A program made the translations under genes and the position numbers. The notes under the pieces were generated by a model. That model saw only the letters and a list, made by a program, of their open reading frames with translations, searched no databases and had not been told where the DNA came from. A stretch of 64,000 bases of DNA. Origin: Felis catus (taxonomy: Eukaryota). Location of the stretch: assembly GCF_018350175.1 (NCBI RefSeq), contig NC_058383.1:30816001-30880000 (forward strand), written 5' to 3'. How positions within the stretch are numbered: the first letter of the stretch is position 1; each line of letters opens with the position of its first letter. Below are positions 51,131 to 64,000 of this stretch, one piece after another.

Positions 51131-53559
51131 AAATTAAGGGTATGTCTAACTGGAAAGAAACATTTACCTGAAAGTTAATGAAGATTTCCATTTACTTCAG
51201 AATACTTTCATGGCCTTCCTGGTAAGAGCTCTGAGACTTCTCAGGTTCTTGACCATTGCTAGTATTCTCTACTCCCCCGAATGCTTGTTTTTCAGTTCTC
51301 CAAAGCTGGAGATCCTGGAGGTAACAAGTGGCAAGTCGAAGGTTGTGAGAAAGCACCCGGCCCAGAGCCCAACTACTGCTGCACCTTGCTCACCTGGACC
51401 TCAACTGAGGCTAAAGCCAGTGCTGCACCCCTATGCTTCCCCCGTGAGGGGCTGGAGCCCTGGGACATAAAAACTCCAACATGCACCCGAACTCAGCGAT
51501 TTGTCATGCTTCTGTACCTCTGCTGACGCTTGCCCTCTGATGGGAACATCCTTCCCTGTCTTCTCTACTCATTCTTCAAAGCTCAGATGAAAAACCATCC
51601 CCTCCAGTGAGTCTATCCTCAAGTTGAAGAGTGACAAATTCAAAAGCTTTCAGGGACTAGGAAATGAGAGAAACAAGGCAGACTGGTGACCCGGGGCACA
51701 CACGCCCCTTGTTAAGGGCCAGCCCCCAGTCAGCTTCTGCCAGCTGCTGCCACAAGGAAATCTGAGATCAAGAGAAAGACCAGCCTCTCCTTGCTGGGGC
51801 ATGGGTGGGCTCTAAGCTGCAGACAGGGGCTTACTATTATCACTATCATTGTTACTGTCCTCACCATTCGGCACCAATCTCAGGTGGAATATGGTCTTGT
51901 GGATTGCCAGCTGACCACCTCTGAGCTGGGGCTTTTGCCCACGGAGTGAGTACAGGACCATTACACCACAGGTTATAGTCACCTCTGCATGTATCTGTCT
52001 TTTCCGTAGGACCCTGTCTCTGGGAAGACGCCACATCTACAGGTCTGCTAATTTCGCTCTCCCAGTCCTCAGGGGCTCTACACTGACCCAAACCTGTTGG
52101 CACCAGGTACAGACATTCTGCCCCTGCCCCGGCAAGGGTCTCCCTGCTTACCCCCCATCAAGCCATCCTCCACATGGCAGCAATGTCTCCAAAACACACA
52201 TCAAATCTTGTCACTGCTCTGCTTACAATCCTTCAAGGGTTCCCCCTCCACCTGCCATATTTAAATGAGTAACTATAGCTGATGCTTCAAAGGGAAAAAA
52301 CAAGGGGCCAGGAAAGCCCACTGTGGGGGGGGGGGGCGCAGGGCTGGGGGTCATTTATGCGGGACAGCTGGGAAACGGTTCTCTGAGGAGGCAGAGTTTA
52401 AGCTGAAGCCTGACAGATGAGAAAGACCCAGGGGACAGGTGGAGGATGCAATATTCTAGAAAGAGTTGTGTGAGCAAAGCCCCAGAGGCAAGAAAGAGCT
52501 AGAGGGTTCAAGATCTAAGAGGGCGACAGGCACAGTGGCAGGAGGGGAGGCAGGGATAATAATTCCTGGGCCCCCAGGATGCTGGCGGGATGAAATGAAC
52601 GTGCAAAGCCCTTGTCGCCCCACGGGGCATGTAGTTAGCACTCAATAAATAGTCACTATTCTTAGGAAGATGGCAGTGATGATGTGAAGAAGGGTTTGTT
52701 TACTTCCTGCTGCGGAGAAGAAGGCTGCCCAGTTCATGAGGGAGAGCTAAAAGCCAGCATCAAGGGCTCCTTTATAATATGAAACGGTTCCATTTCCGTG
52801 AGCTTATGAGGATCCGGGACTTAACTCAAAAAAGCTGCTAAACTCATTACAAAAAAGAACTTCACTTTCCCTCAGAAAGGGGAAGAGCTAAGAAATTAAA
52901 CAATGAGAAAGTTCCAAGGGGGCGGCCAAGCTTAACCTAGTTGTAACTGACAGGGAACAGCCACTCCTTGAAGTGGCAGAGGAAATTGTGCCCAACAGTC
53001 CGTGGATGGTCAAAGCTTTCGGGACCTCATCTGAGAGACAGGAGCCGGGAGTGGGTCTACTCTGGGTCCCCATGAGAGAACACAACGCGGGGACTAGTGT
53101 TCTCTCACGCAAATACCCGCCGATGTTGCCTTCCCCAATCGTGACACCACGCCGGCATCTTGCTGTGTGCAGGACGATGAGCGGTTGTTGCTCATAGAAA
53201 ATCAGTCCAGCAAGGCAACATTTAATGTGCGCACTAAAGCGTTAGGGGGCAGGGGGCGCTGCGGAGGGAAGGGGGGACACATGGAAGGAGAGGCAGGCCA
53301 GCAAGAGGGGCTTCTTGGAGGAGGACGCAAGAGTCACATCTTTTTCAAGGCATGCATGGAGGCTGGCATCAGGAAAACAAAAGGAGGTGCTAAAACCAGT
53401 CCGACAGAAACTCCAGGAGAGTAATACCCCCAAGGTACAAATAGGCAAGGAAGGGAAGGGGAAATCTGAATGGCCTGAACACACGAACGGATCGTCAACC
53501 TCTTCGGGGACCAGGCAAATGGGCATTACAACCACGAGGAGCTGACACTCTGTACACAG

Positions 53560-54870
53560 AGTGTTAGCAAAACATAAATCAGCTGTAAGTCTGATGATGC
53601 CGAGTGTCGCTCACATCATGAAACAATGGGAGTTTTTGATGCCCCTGGCTGGGAGCGAACGACTGGTACCATCCCGTTGGAGACCAACCTGCCCACAGCC
53701 AGGAAAGGTGAAGGTAGGCAGGCGCTGAGTATGCAGCCGCTTTCATCGGTGCGTACCCGGGAGGAACTGAACAGAAGACAACTGTGAACCGTCTAACTGC
53801 TCATCAAAGAGAGAAAAAATAAATACGACGGTGAATATTCATACAACAGAATGTCAGTAAGTACAGCAGCTAAAGTTCTCGAATTAGAATGCTATGCATC
53901 TGAACGCATCAACCTCAAAAAGGGAGTACTGATGAAAAAGACAAGGTATGTATTTTTCATACAGGAAGGATACACAGACACTAAGGACACACAACAACTC
54001 CACCGAACCATTCCCTGTGGCAGGGGGAGGGTTCCGAGAGGATTCAGCTAGATCTGTAATGTTTAACTCCTAAACAGTAACTTTATTAAATGAGGATGAC
54101 GATACGTGTGTGTTCATGATATTTGGCTATGCATTCTGGGACACATTTGAAATACCCAGTGTATTTGAAAATACATTTTTAAAAGCTTAGAAGCAAATTG
54201 GAGAAAACATGAACAGCGGTTAAATCTAGGTGGTGGGATATGGGTGCCTGTTACCTTATTCTTTGCATTTCCCCCCTCTTTCTTTAAGAATCACCACTGT
54301 GTGACCCCTTCGGGAAACTCTTCAGCACTCTCTACTGATGTGGAGCGTAAGCGTCCCGTGATCCAGCAACTCCTTTCCCGTGTGTGGACCCACAGAAACC
54401 AGCACTTAACCACCACAAGAAGACATACACAGAGGTGTTAATTACAGCAGTATGTGTAACTGAGCCAAACTGGAAGCCACCCAACATCCATCAAAGGAGA
54501 GGATAAACTGTGATAAATCCGTACAATGGAAGTCTACACGGTAATGAAAAAAAACAGAACAATTGCTACCTGGAACAACACGGTTGAATGTCAACAGATG
54601 TAACGGTGACAGAGGCTAGACACAAAGGAGTCCATGCCCTATGGTGCCATTTACATAAAGTCCTATAATGGGAAAAACCCACCTGTGGAATAGATAGGGG
54701 GATGGTGGCCACGCTGGCGGGGTGACAGAAGGAGGCTTGGACTCCTGCCAATGATGTATTTCCCGGTGTCCGTGCTGTTTGTGCAGGTACACTCATTTTG
54801 TGCAAATCTGTCATCTATACACGTTAAGACTGAAAGCATTTATAACTCAATTTTTAAAATAATTTTTAAA
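53560..54870 (+). mobile_element. Mosaic of ancient L1 (L1ME-like) 3' fragments
   Basis: gactggtaccatcccgttgga, gatccagcaactcc, caaactggaagccacccaacatccatc, caacacggttgaatgtca. Confidence 0.65.
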
Positions 54871-57726
54871 AAGAGGAGAAAGAAAACACACACCCCACCG
54901 TATCAAGGAGAAGAATGAAGAGGGGAGGAAGGAGAGCCAAGCCTGGTCAGGTCAGAGCACGAATTACAAGAGAATGGAAACCCAATTAGCGAGCCTCCGG
55001 TGAGACGTAGTTTTTTAAGCTAGCACTTGAGGCTTCAGTTTGTGCTGGGTGGATCATCACAAGATCCCATGATGCAATACCCACAACCCACGTGACAGCC
55101 GAGACAGCTGCGTTTCGTGGAGGCTGATGGCACGCGGAGGTCATGCAGTCAGTGCGTACCAGAGACCGCGTCTGAAGTGAGGCCAGTGAGATGCCAAAGC
55201 CCAAACTCTTAACCCTGTGTACCATACGCCTTCTAAAAATGCAAATGGTCGAGGGGAAGGACGCAACTTCCTCCATACACGAGGCATTCCGGACTCTCAC
55301 AGACCAATGGGGGCGACTTGAGAAACTAAACATGTTTTTCTCCGGCTTGCCGAGGATAACCAAGACTGTAATACACAGTCCCCAAATATTAATGGCAGTC
55401 CTGAGCTGGGAGGTAGCAATTATTTTCAATTATTCAAGAAGCGAGTAAGAGCTCACAAGTACTCTTCTACGTTGTGATTTTAATCAGCTGTCCAAAAATG
55501 TGAGGGAAAATAACAGATAGAACATGGGTTAAGTATATTCTGAAGGCCTTCAGAGCTAGGAGGAGGAGTAAGTAATGACCTACAAGTAATTTAACAGCCC
55601 CAGAAATATTTTGGACAACACTTCATGCCCAGCGGAGAATCAAGTGCCTTGTAATTCACGTCAGTTTCCAAACCAGTGGGTTCACCGCTGCTGCATCAGA
55701 GGCCTTGAGCTCGGCCTGAGATGGGCCAAGTCCAGGGAGGCGGCCCAGTCTGGCTGGTGACCTGGCAAGGCTGGACCCCAGATCTGTCACGGAGCTCTCA
55801 TCTCTGTCACCAGGCGTGGACAATGCCAACATTCATGGTGCGGTGTTCATATCCAGCGGGCCGCTAAGGCCTGTGCATCCTTCATCCGAATGGTTACCAA
55901 AGACCTTGAAGTTAAGGGGAAGGAGGGAACAGGGGAGAAAGGGAACCAGTAACTGCACAACAATGGTCCGGCTCACCAGCTCGTACGTGGCTTGGGTTTT
56001 ACGTTCATCAAACACGTTTCACTCAGCACCTACCACGGGCCACGCACTGCGTCAAATGCTGCAAGACTGAGACCCAACAGGCCGGGTGCTGCTCTAATTC
56101 CATGGGGCTGGTGGAGAGAAAGAAGGGTGCATCAGGCAGCCATGAGGGAGTCTGGGGAAGGAACCTGAGGTGGGGCAGCCAACACTGAGTCTGGGGAAGG
56201 CTTCCGGGATGGGGAGGCGCCTGCAAGGTCTGTGGCCCGAGATCACCGAAAAGGTCAGCTTGGATTTGACCTCTCCACATGTTACACTCAGAAAACAGGC
56301 AGGATGCCAACAGAGCAGCAAATATACTTCTAGTTGCCGGCTCTGGACTTTTGGTTTATAAACAGACCTTAATTTTTTTTATTGGATTTTAATTTGATAT
56401 TACAGAGAAGCACTCCCCAGGAACCCCCCCCTTATTAAATACCTATGCATATTTGCATACGTATCCATATACACACTCCAAGCCTGAGGCTCCTCCGTGT
56501 CTCTCTCCCGAGACCGTTGCTCTGGCAAGATGGTTTTAGCAACTGCTCTCCTGGAAAATATCTTAAGAGGCTTTTGCTGTATTAAAGAGTAACGCAAATG
56601 TGTGATGTATAATGAGCCCAATGTCATTCTTCTTCTCGCTTAATGCATTAAGTACCGGGACTGTTTACACAGCGGTTGGCAGAGTGTCAAATGAGAAACA
56701 AACTAGAGTTTATGGCTTCGTTCAACTGGAGCTTCTTTTCTCCCGCCAGTTTGCATGGTCTTTGGGACGGGCGTGTGACTCAATTCCGATGGGGGCCACA
56801 GGACCCCGGGCAGGATGCTCACAGCCTGAGCCCAGCTTCCTCACCTCTGAGACATCTTGCATGGGACTCGACAAGAAGGACACAGGGAAGGACTGGAGAC
56901 ACAGCCCCCACCATGCACACGCCTGGCACGCGATGGCTGGTATTACGACACACAGGAACACAGGCTGTGAGGGTTCTGGAAGGACCACCTGTGTCAGGCT
57001 CACCGACTGCAAACTCTGCCATGAGGACGTGCTCCTGTGTCAGCTTCTTCGGCCTCACCGCCAGCCTCTGCAGCCCTTCAGCAACACCTACACAGCACTG
57101 ACCCTGTGTGGACGCTGTTGTGAGTATTTTAGCAATTTTACCACCGTAAGTCCTTATGACAACACTAGAGAGAAGCGGTATGTAGACGAGAAACTGAGGC
57201 AGGGACGGATCAAGTACCTCGCCCGATGCCATCCATCTAGTGAAGCAGTAGGAGCCTTTTCCTTTCTGTGTCTGATTGTCACAGTTGGCAAAGTCCTGTT
57301 GAATGAATAAATGGACAAATGGACGAACGACCATCCCTCCAGACGCTTCGGTTTGCGAGGAAAGCTTATATAAGCTTCTATCAACTGTGAGGGCGGCAGT
57401 TTCTAGTTGTACCAATGGCTCCTGAGTCAGACAGGGCGGGGTGTGGGTGAGGGGGGGTGGAGCCACAGAGGGAGAGGCAGATTTCCACATCATCGGCGGG
57501 GTTGAGGGAGTGACTTCCAGGAGTCAATGTCAATCTACATTCATCCACCCTCCATGGAGCTCTGTGGATCCCTGTGTGCCAGGGGCTCTGGAGACCATCT
57601 GCCTGGAGCCGCTTATCACCTTAAGTGGCCAGCTCAGTGAGATAGCCTTGGTTAAGTCACTTTACCTCCCCGTGCCTCCCCCTCCCCATGTGTAAATACC
57701 TATACCTCAGGCAAGGAAAGAGAGCT

Positions 57727-58227
57727 GTGAGGTAGGCAGAAAAATGTCCCCCTACCCCCTGCCAAATTTCCCCGCCCCGATCGCTGTGAATGTGCTATCT
57801 TACATGGCAAAAGGTCTCTGCAGAGGGGACTAAGGTGATAAAGAGGTCACAAATTCAGATGGGGAGATTATCCTGGGTTATGTGGGTATGCCCAATCTGA
57901 TCATGCTCCTTCAAAGCAGGGAACCTTTCCTGACTGTAGTCAAAAATGTTACTACGCAAGAATGGGCGTAGAGATGGGGCACCGAAGAAGGAGGGAGACC
58001 CCAGGGTTCTGGGAAGCCTCCAGAAGCGGGAAAAGGCGAGGAAAGAGACTCTCCTCTAGAGCCTTGAGAAAGAGACGCAACCCTTGCTGACACCGTGATT
58101 TCAACCCACTAATGCCCAATGTCTATTTTGGACCTCCTCAACTCAAAGGTACATGCAATACATGTGTACTGTTTAAAGCCACTAGATTTGGGGTGACTTC
58201 TTACAGCAGCAATATGAAGCTAATACG
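57727..58227 (+). mobile_element. MaLR solo LTR (MLT1D/E-like)
   Basis: ttacatggcaaaagg, gggagattatcctgggttat, ctagagcctt...gctgacaccgtgatttca, tttaaagccactag...ttacagcagcaat...ctaatac. Confidence 0.85.
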
Positions 58228-59169
58228 GGGCACAAAGAAGGAAAGAATACCCATAAATTGAGCCCACTTTCCCACTGGTAAGCTCTGTCGCCAGGATCCT
58301 GCTGGCCCCGCGCAGAAGGCAGCCCTGCTCACCGCCCCCCTCCAGACCGCCCCAGGGGCCCTGGTTCCCCTAGTTCGCAGGACTCTTCTGCGAGGACCTA
58401 TTTACTAGTCTTTCTCCCCACAAAGTCATGAACTTTGTGAGGGCAGAGACCTTACTTTGGACAACGTTTGTCCCCCTCACACCTAGCATGGCAGCCCTAC
58501 ATTCCAGAAGCTTTTCTAAATGGAAAATTCGACCACCTTCAACACTGTTCCAGGTACCCACTTGTTCCCACCGCTGAAAGTCCCTTCCGCTGGGGGCTGG
58601 ACACCCCCAGAGCTGCATTTAAATTTGCGCCTCTCAGCTGCAAAGGGGCTTCCACGGCTCCGTGAGTGCCAGCTGGTTCCTCCAGCACACACTGGTCTAT
58701 GTGTTTTTAATGAGGATTTTGACGCATAATTCATCCAACAAGTTGAATTATCTGCGGCTCCAAGGAAAGCGATTTGCCCTGCTTTAATGCCAAATGAACT
58801 TTCAGAGACTGACTCCATTACCCTAAGAAGGAATGACAGCCTCTCAAATCTATTTCTTGCTGAGCAATAAGGCAGACGTGCAGTAGCGTCATCAGAAATG
58901 AGTCTTTTTCCTTAACCCCTCATGCTGGCCGAGTCTCCCTAGACAGGGAGGCTTGACGGCCAACTCCCCTGGACCGTTGGAGAGCCACCTTTCTGCTCTG
59001 CAAAAGCTTGCCGGCCTCTGGCCCGTTCTGCAAAAGCACCTCCCCAGTCACCCCCAAAGCTATTATACCCAGTGGGGCAATTCAGTTTTTTTAAAAATTT
59101 GTGCCAAGACCCAGCAACTTGAAGAAGAAAATAACAGGGAAACTTTTCCATTTAATGTGTGTTCCCTTA

Positions 59170-59880
59170 TTCCTTAATTCAGGCCATGAGTCTCTCTGGG
59201 GGGCAGAAGCTATTCTAGGAGCTGGCGAGAGAGCAGTGAACAGACCAAGGCCCTGTTGTCATGAGCTTCCATTCCAGTGCAGAGAGACAATACTACTCAA
59301 GGTCACAAATCAATCACTTAGAGTGATGGTACGTGCTAGGGGACAATTACAGCAGACTAATGGATTGGAGAGTGACTCAAGGAGCAGCCCTGATGAGGGC
59401 AGTTGGAAGGGAGTTCTAATGACCTGCAGGGTCTGTCCATGCAGAGGTGGGGGAGCCAATCCACGCAGAGGGAACAGCAGATGCCAAGGCCACAAGGTAA
59501 GAACAGCATCGAAGTCTGAGGAGGGCAGTGTGGCTGGGTACAGAAGGGAGGACGGGGCATGAGATAAGGTACGGGAGGAGGTGGGGGACAGGTCAGGGGA
59601 CATCTCGAAGGCCATAAGGAGTCCTGAATTTAACTGCCAAAGGTGCTACTGGGAGGGGGGGTTTACGCAACAATGACATCATCTGATTTGATGTCATATA
59701 AACCTCACTGTGGCTCAGCATGGGGGATGGATGGCAGCAGGCAAGAGTGGAAAAGGGCAACCGTTGCAAATGCCCACACCAGAGAGGACCGGGCGTGGGT
59801 GAGGATAACTGAAGCAGGGGTAGAGGGACGCACCTCAACTGGGACTCTGTGGAAGGAGACCCACAGGACCTGGCATGCCC
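59170..59880 (-). mobile_element. L2 fragment
   Basis: ctaggagctggcgagagagcagtgaacagacc, gggaacagcagatgccaaggcc, tgacatcatctgatttga. Confidence 0.7.
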
Positions 59881-59964
59881 ATCTTGGGCTGGTGGGGTCG
59901 TCCTCTCCTCTTATCCCCACCCTGCTCAGAAATGTGGCTCGAGACAAGTGCCCCCCCGCCACCT

Positions 59965-60304
59965 TGTAGAGGTCATGAGAGCTGATGGTAAAAACTCGAA
60001 TTCTCCTGGGTACATGGGAGGACTGGACTCCTTCTCCCCGTTGGCATCACACAGGGCTGAGTAAGTGGCTTTGGCCAATGAAAAAGGAGTGAAATTGACA
60101 TGTATCACGTCTGGGCAGAAGCTCTAATAGCCAGTGGATGATTTTCCCTTGTCCTTAGTTTCCTGATGTCACGATGGGCAGAGCTCCCAGCCAACCCATG
60201 ATGGGCATAAAACACGAGCCAAAAATAAATCCTGGTTGGCTCAGGCTGCCAAGACTACAAAATCGTTACTTCAGCCTAATCCAGACTATCTCACAATGGA
60301 TACA
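59965..60304 (+). mobile_element. MLT1J-like LTR
   Basis: ttggccaatgaaa...gacatgtatcacgtctgggcagaagc, cccagccaacccatgatgg, aaataaatcc, ends gataca. Confidence 0.7.
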
Positions 60305-60608
60305 AGCCCCATGCCTGTGATATTTCAGATTTAATGAGTAACATTAATACACAACTACTGCGGCTTGTTTGACTCAGCTACGAAGAAATGAACAGCAAGC
60401 AGTGGACTGATGTTCAGGAAACTACCTCAACACAACTCAAGTTTGATGTGACACCTAAAGGCATGGGTGGCTCTAGTGAGTGCTGTGGGTATTTATGATT
60501 AAACACATGCATGGCATACTAAGGCAAAAGAAATTCTGTGCTAAAGACAAATCCTGCATCCATGAACTACACAACGGGCTGTTTCACCAATTAAAAAAAG
60601 TTCAAACT

Positions 60609-60799
60609 GGGGCGCCTGGGTGGCTCAGGCGGTTAAGTGTCCAATTCTTCGTCTCAGCTCAGGTCATGATCTCACGGTTCATGACTTTGAGCTCCAAGCT
60701 GGGCTCTGTGCTGGGGGCGTGGAGCCTGCTTGGGATTCTCTCTCTCCTTTTCCTTTTGCCCTCTCCTGCCTTCTCTCTCTCAAAAAATAAATACACATT
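60609..60799 (+). mobile_element. Can-SINE
   Basis: ggggcgcctgggtggctcaggcggttaag; TSD ttaaaaaaagttcaaact. Confidence 0.95.
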
Positions 60800-61867
60800 A
60801 AAAAAAGTTCAAACTTGGGGTCAGATCACATTTTGATTCTGTAACTGGCAGACAATCGACAATGGTGGCACCGTTGGGAAAATACCTAGAAATTCAGGCT
60901 AGGAAGATATTCATATGACGAATCTGAAAAAACTATAGTTAGTTTTTCCTGTCCAGGCCCATGGATCCCAGATTGAATCACTTAATGGGTCCAAGACTTA
61001 ATAGCAGCAACCTACTTGTAATGCAATCCACACAAAGAAGTCAAGCCTGAGTACCTTAATGGTACAAGAGGCAAGGGAGACCTTCTTGAAGTGACCTAGT
61101 CAAGGGAAAGCTTCTGAGGTGGCTGGCTTCTCTGGACCAATTTAGAAAGAAAACTCACCCTCAGCGTATCAAGGCAGGTATCTTGAGCCTGTAGGTCCTG
61201 GTGAGGCGAGTGCAGCCTTTGTCTCTTAACAGGATTCATCAGTAGCTTTTGTCGGATGTTTGAAGTCCTGCCTGCTAACTCAATCTACTCCTGACAATCA
61301 GATAAACCCTCAGATCTGTCCTGGAGAGCAGCCAAAGTGTACTTCAGGGAAGTGGGTAAGTCTTAGTGAGCCAAATGTGCAGGGAGAGAGAGAATCAGAA
61401 GCCAACCAGTCAACTCTAAAGCAAAGGGACACACAGACTGGACAGGAGGCAGAGGCCCTGTGACTGCAGGCAACCTGTCGGGCCCACCCCTGACCATGGG
61501 AAGCAGGACCAAAAATGTAGTGAAGAACCAGGCCAGGCCCACCAGCATGGTATCTTTAATTCCCAAATTCCTTTATTTGCAAATAGGGTCGCACTAGGGT
61601 CGGGGGTGGAGGGTGGACAGAGCCCTACTCACACAGATTTCACAGGGCAAAAGCCCACAGCTGCTGAGTCGGTCCCAGGATTGACAAGAATGGGACAGCG
61701 CGAAGCTAGGCTGGGGACGTCGCACTCAGAGGGGAAAGTCACTGCATCCCTGTCCTTGGGAGGGTGGTGTTGGTAAGTTTCTTAGGTCTGAAGTAAGTTT
61801 TGCATAACTATTAGGCTTGCCTGGAGATCCAGAGCGGGAGGGGTCACTTTGCTCTGCAGAGAAAGCC

Positions 61868-62345
61868 TGTGGCACCCAAAGATGCCTAATCCCAGAACCT
61901 GAGAGTATAAAACACTCTGTTTATTGAGCAAAAGGGACTTTGCAGATGTGATCAAGTTAAGGATCCCGAGACTGATTATGGTGGCTTATCTGGGTGGACC
62001 CAGTGTCATCTCGAGGGTCCGATAAGAGGGAGAGGAGTCAGAAAAGGTACTATGTGAGGTACTACACAGAGATACTATACGACAGAAAATGAGGTCAGCG
62101 TTGCAAGGTTGCTGGCTTTGAAGACACAGGAGGCCTTGAGCTGAGGAATGCGGACAGGCTCCAGAAGCTAAAAAAGGAAAGGACTGTCCTCTGGAGCCTC
62201 CAGGAACAACCAGCCCCACTGACTCCTTGATTTCAGCCCCAGGAGATGGATTCTGGACCTAACCTCCAGAAGTGTAAGAAAATACATCTGTGTTTTTTAG
62301 ACCCCTAAACAGGGGCCACGTTCGCACGGCAGCCACGGGAGGCAA
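61868..62345 (+). mobile_element. MaLR solo LTR (MLT1D-like)
   Basis: gcaaaagggactttgcagatgtgatcaagttaaggat, gctggctttgaaga, ctggagcctccagga, cctccagaagtgtaagaaaatacatctg. Confidence 0.85.
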
Positions 62346-63024
62346 AAAGAATGCGACGCATCTCGCCCCCTGAACGTCTCTGGTTCAGCCTTGTCCTAAT
62401 TTCCCTTAGTGAGACACAGACAGGCCGAGCTCCCCGAGGGTCATGGAGCGGCTGCTATAGCAGAAGGCTTCCTGCAAATGACACTATCTTATCACGATAA
62501 TAAGCTGCTTACACAGAATTCTGTTTTATGACGTTCTCAGGCGTTCTGGATGGGTCCCAAGATTTGTATGAGCCTGCAAGTCATTAGATTAAACCAGTAT
62601 ATAATTTTTCCCCCTTTTCATAAGAATTATTGTCCTCCTTGCTCTGCATAAGTGTAGAATTTCTAAGCCTTCTGTTTTTATGGGCTCAACTTCACTTACC
62701 TTCAGGAAAATAATGGAATGGCACATTTATTCTAGGCCTCAGATAAACTTGCTTTATAACTGTTTAAATTAAGATCTAACAGACCCTGACATGATAGGAT
62801 TTCTAATCTAAAAGCAAAGAAATCCATGAACACGTAAACATCATAGACAGTAACAGTATTCCCAGCAGAATTCCCAAGTGTTCATCCTGGTTATCGAAAC
62901 TTTTGCTCTGGTTTTCTGGGAGACAAACGTCCAAGGAAAACTCTAGCAAGGTGGCCCTTCAAGAGAGAAACTAGGAAATTCATCACACACAGGATCTGCC
63001 ACACGACTCTGTCAGTGCGACAGC

Positions 63025-63242
63025 ATCGTGGTTCTTTCGCTTGCTGAGGCATCACCACCACACAGCTCTAAACCCAGATTTCTGGGCCCCAGCCCAGAGC
63101 TGGTATTTCAGTAGGTCTGGGGTGGGGCCTGGGAATTGGTATTTCTTTTTTTTTTTAATGTTTATTTATTTTTCGGAGCAAGTGAGCAAACCAAGGGCAG
63201 ACAAGGGGAGGAGAGGGGAGGGGAGGGAGGGAGGGGGAGGGG

Positions 63243-63300
<58 letters not shown>

Positions 63301-63500
63301 GAGGAGAAAGAATCCCAAGGAGGCTCTGTGCGGTTAGTGCAGAGCCCAAAGTGGGGCTTGACCCTACAAACCTCGAGATCCTGAGCCAAAATCAAGAGTT
63401 GGACTCTTAACCAAATGAGCCAGGCACCGGAAGGAATCGGTATTTCTAACGAGTTGCCGGGTGATGCTGATGGTCAGGGGCCACTCTCTGAGAACCACGG
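63025..63500. mobile_element. MER5A split by a Can-SINE
   Basis: gtggttct...cagtaggtctggggtggggcctgggaattggtatttct [SINE] atttctaacgagttgccgggtgatgctgat...tgagaaccac. Confidence 0.8.
63147..63431 (-). mobile_element. Can-SINE with expanded (GA)n/(GACA)n tail
   Basis: TSD ggaat(t/c)ggtatttct; gaatcccaag...gtggggcttga...gttggactcttaacc. Confidence 0.92.
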
Positions 63501-64000
63501 TAGGAGAGGGGTGCCTCGTGCAAGGCCCAGTTTCTCACCTGTCCTCATGAGGGTCATGATCTTACCTCCTCTGGCTCAACTGTCCCTGCCCAGCTCGTCA
63601 CTATCCTGCGATTGCACAAGTGTCCCCGTCCCCTATCAGACACGAAGCCAGGCGTTCTCCAGTGCGGCTGCGTACTGCAGCCCTCCATGCCCCTGCCTCA
63701 CTTCACTGGGAGTGAGGGACTAAAGTCTTAGGAGCTTTTAAAGGTACTCATGGGATTCCGAGTGTGGCCCAGACGGAGGAGTGCCGCTCTAAGCAAACGT
63801 GAAGGACGACAAAATGACACCAGTGGCCTAAGTGGGCGACGCGAGGCCTCCCGACAAGGCCCGGGCCCGTCTTCCCCGCCGTGACATGTGATGATGCTCG
63901 GGAGACACTTCTGCACCAACGAGCACTCATCGGCTGGCAGGCCGTGGAGGGCTAGCACCTCCTTTCTCCAGGGTGCCTGGATGAACCCCCAGAAACACAT

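Larger units (their letters stand above)
25581..64000 (-). other. SNX29: Intron upstream of the exon
   Basis: Ends in pyrimidine tract plus AG at 25582-25581; the preceding PX exon (RRY..F / FPPKK motif) was not found in the window. Confidence 0.7.

Noticed and set aside
1..64000. A novel multi-gene system
   Set aside because: Sequence is explained by one SNX29 exon, introns and known repeat families; no second gene, retrocopy or intact viral ORF was recognised.

Overview
Mammalian (carnivore, most likely Felidae) genomic DNA, judged from the abundant tRNA-derived Can-SINE/SINEC_Fc-type elements. The window appears to lie inside the minus-strand gene SNX29 (sorting nexin 29). It holds one clear 140-nt coding exon (25441-25580) encoding the C-terminal part of the PX domain; I could not find the neighbouring exons, so the rest reads as two long introns. 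The introns are GC-rich and filled with SINEC, L1, L2, MIR, MaLR (MLT1)/MER21 LTRs and hAT MITEs (MER5, MER20, MER53, MER58A, Charlie4). Repeat family names come from my recollection of consensus sequences, and boundaries are approximate. No ORF in the six-frame track is a credible gene. I find no well-supported novel biological system. The best leads are possible alternative 3' ends of SNX29, a sense-oriented LTR with a poly(A) signal and downstream splice donor, a MER53 hairpin, apparent GC/CpG gain in ancient repeats, and several candidate enhancers.
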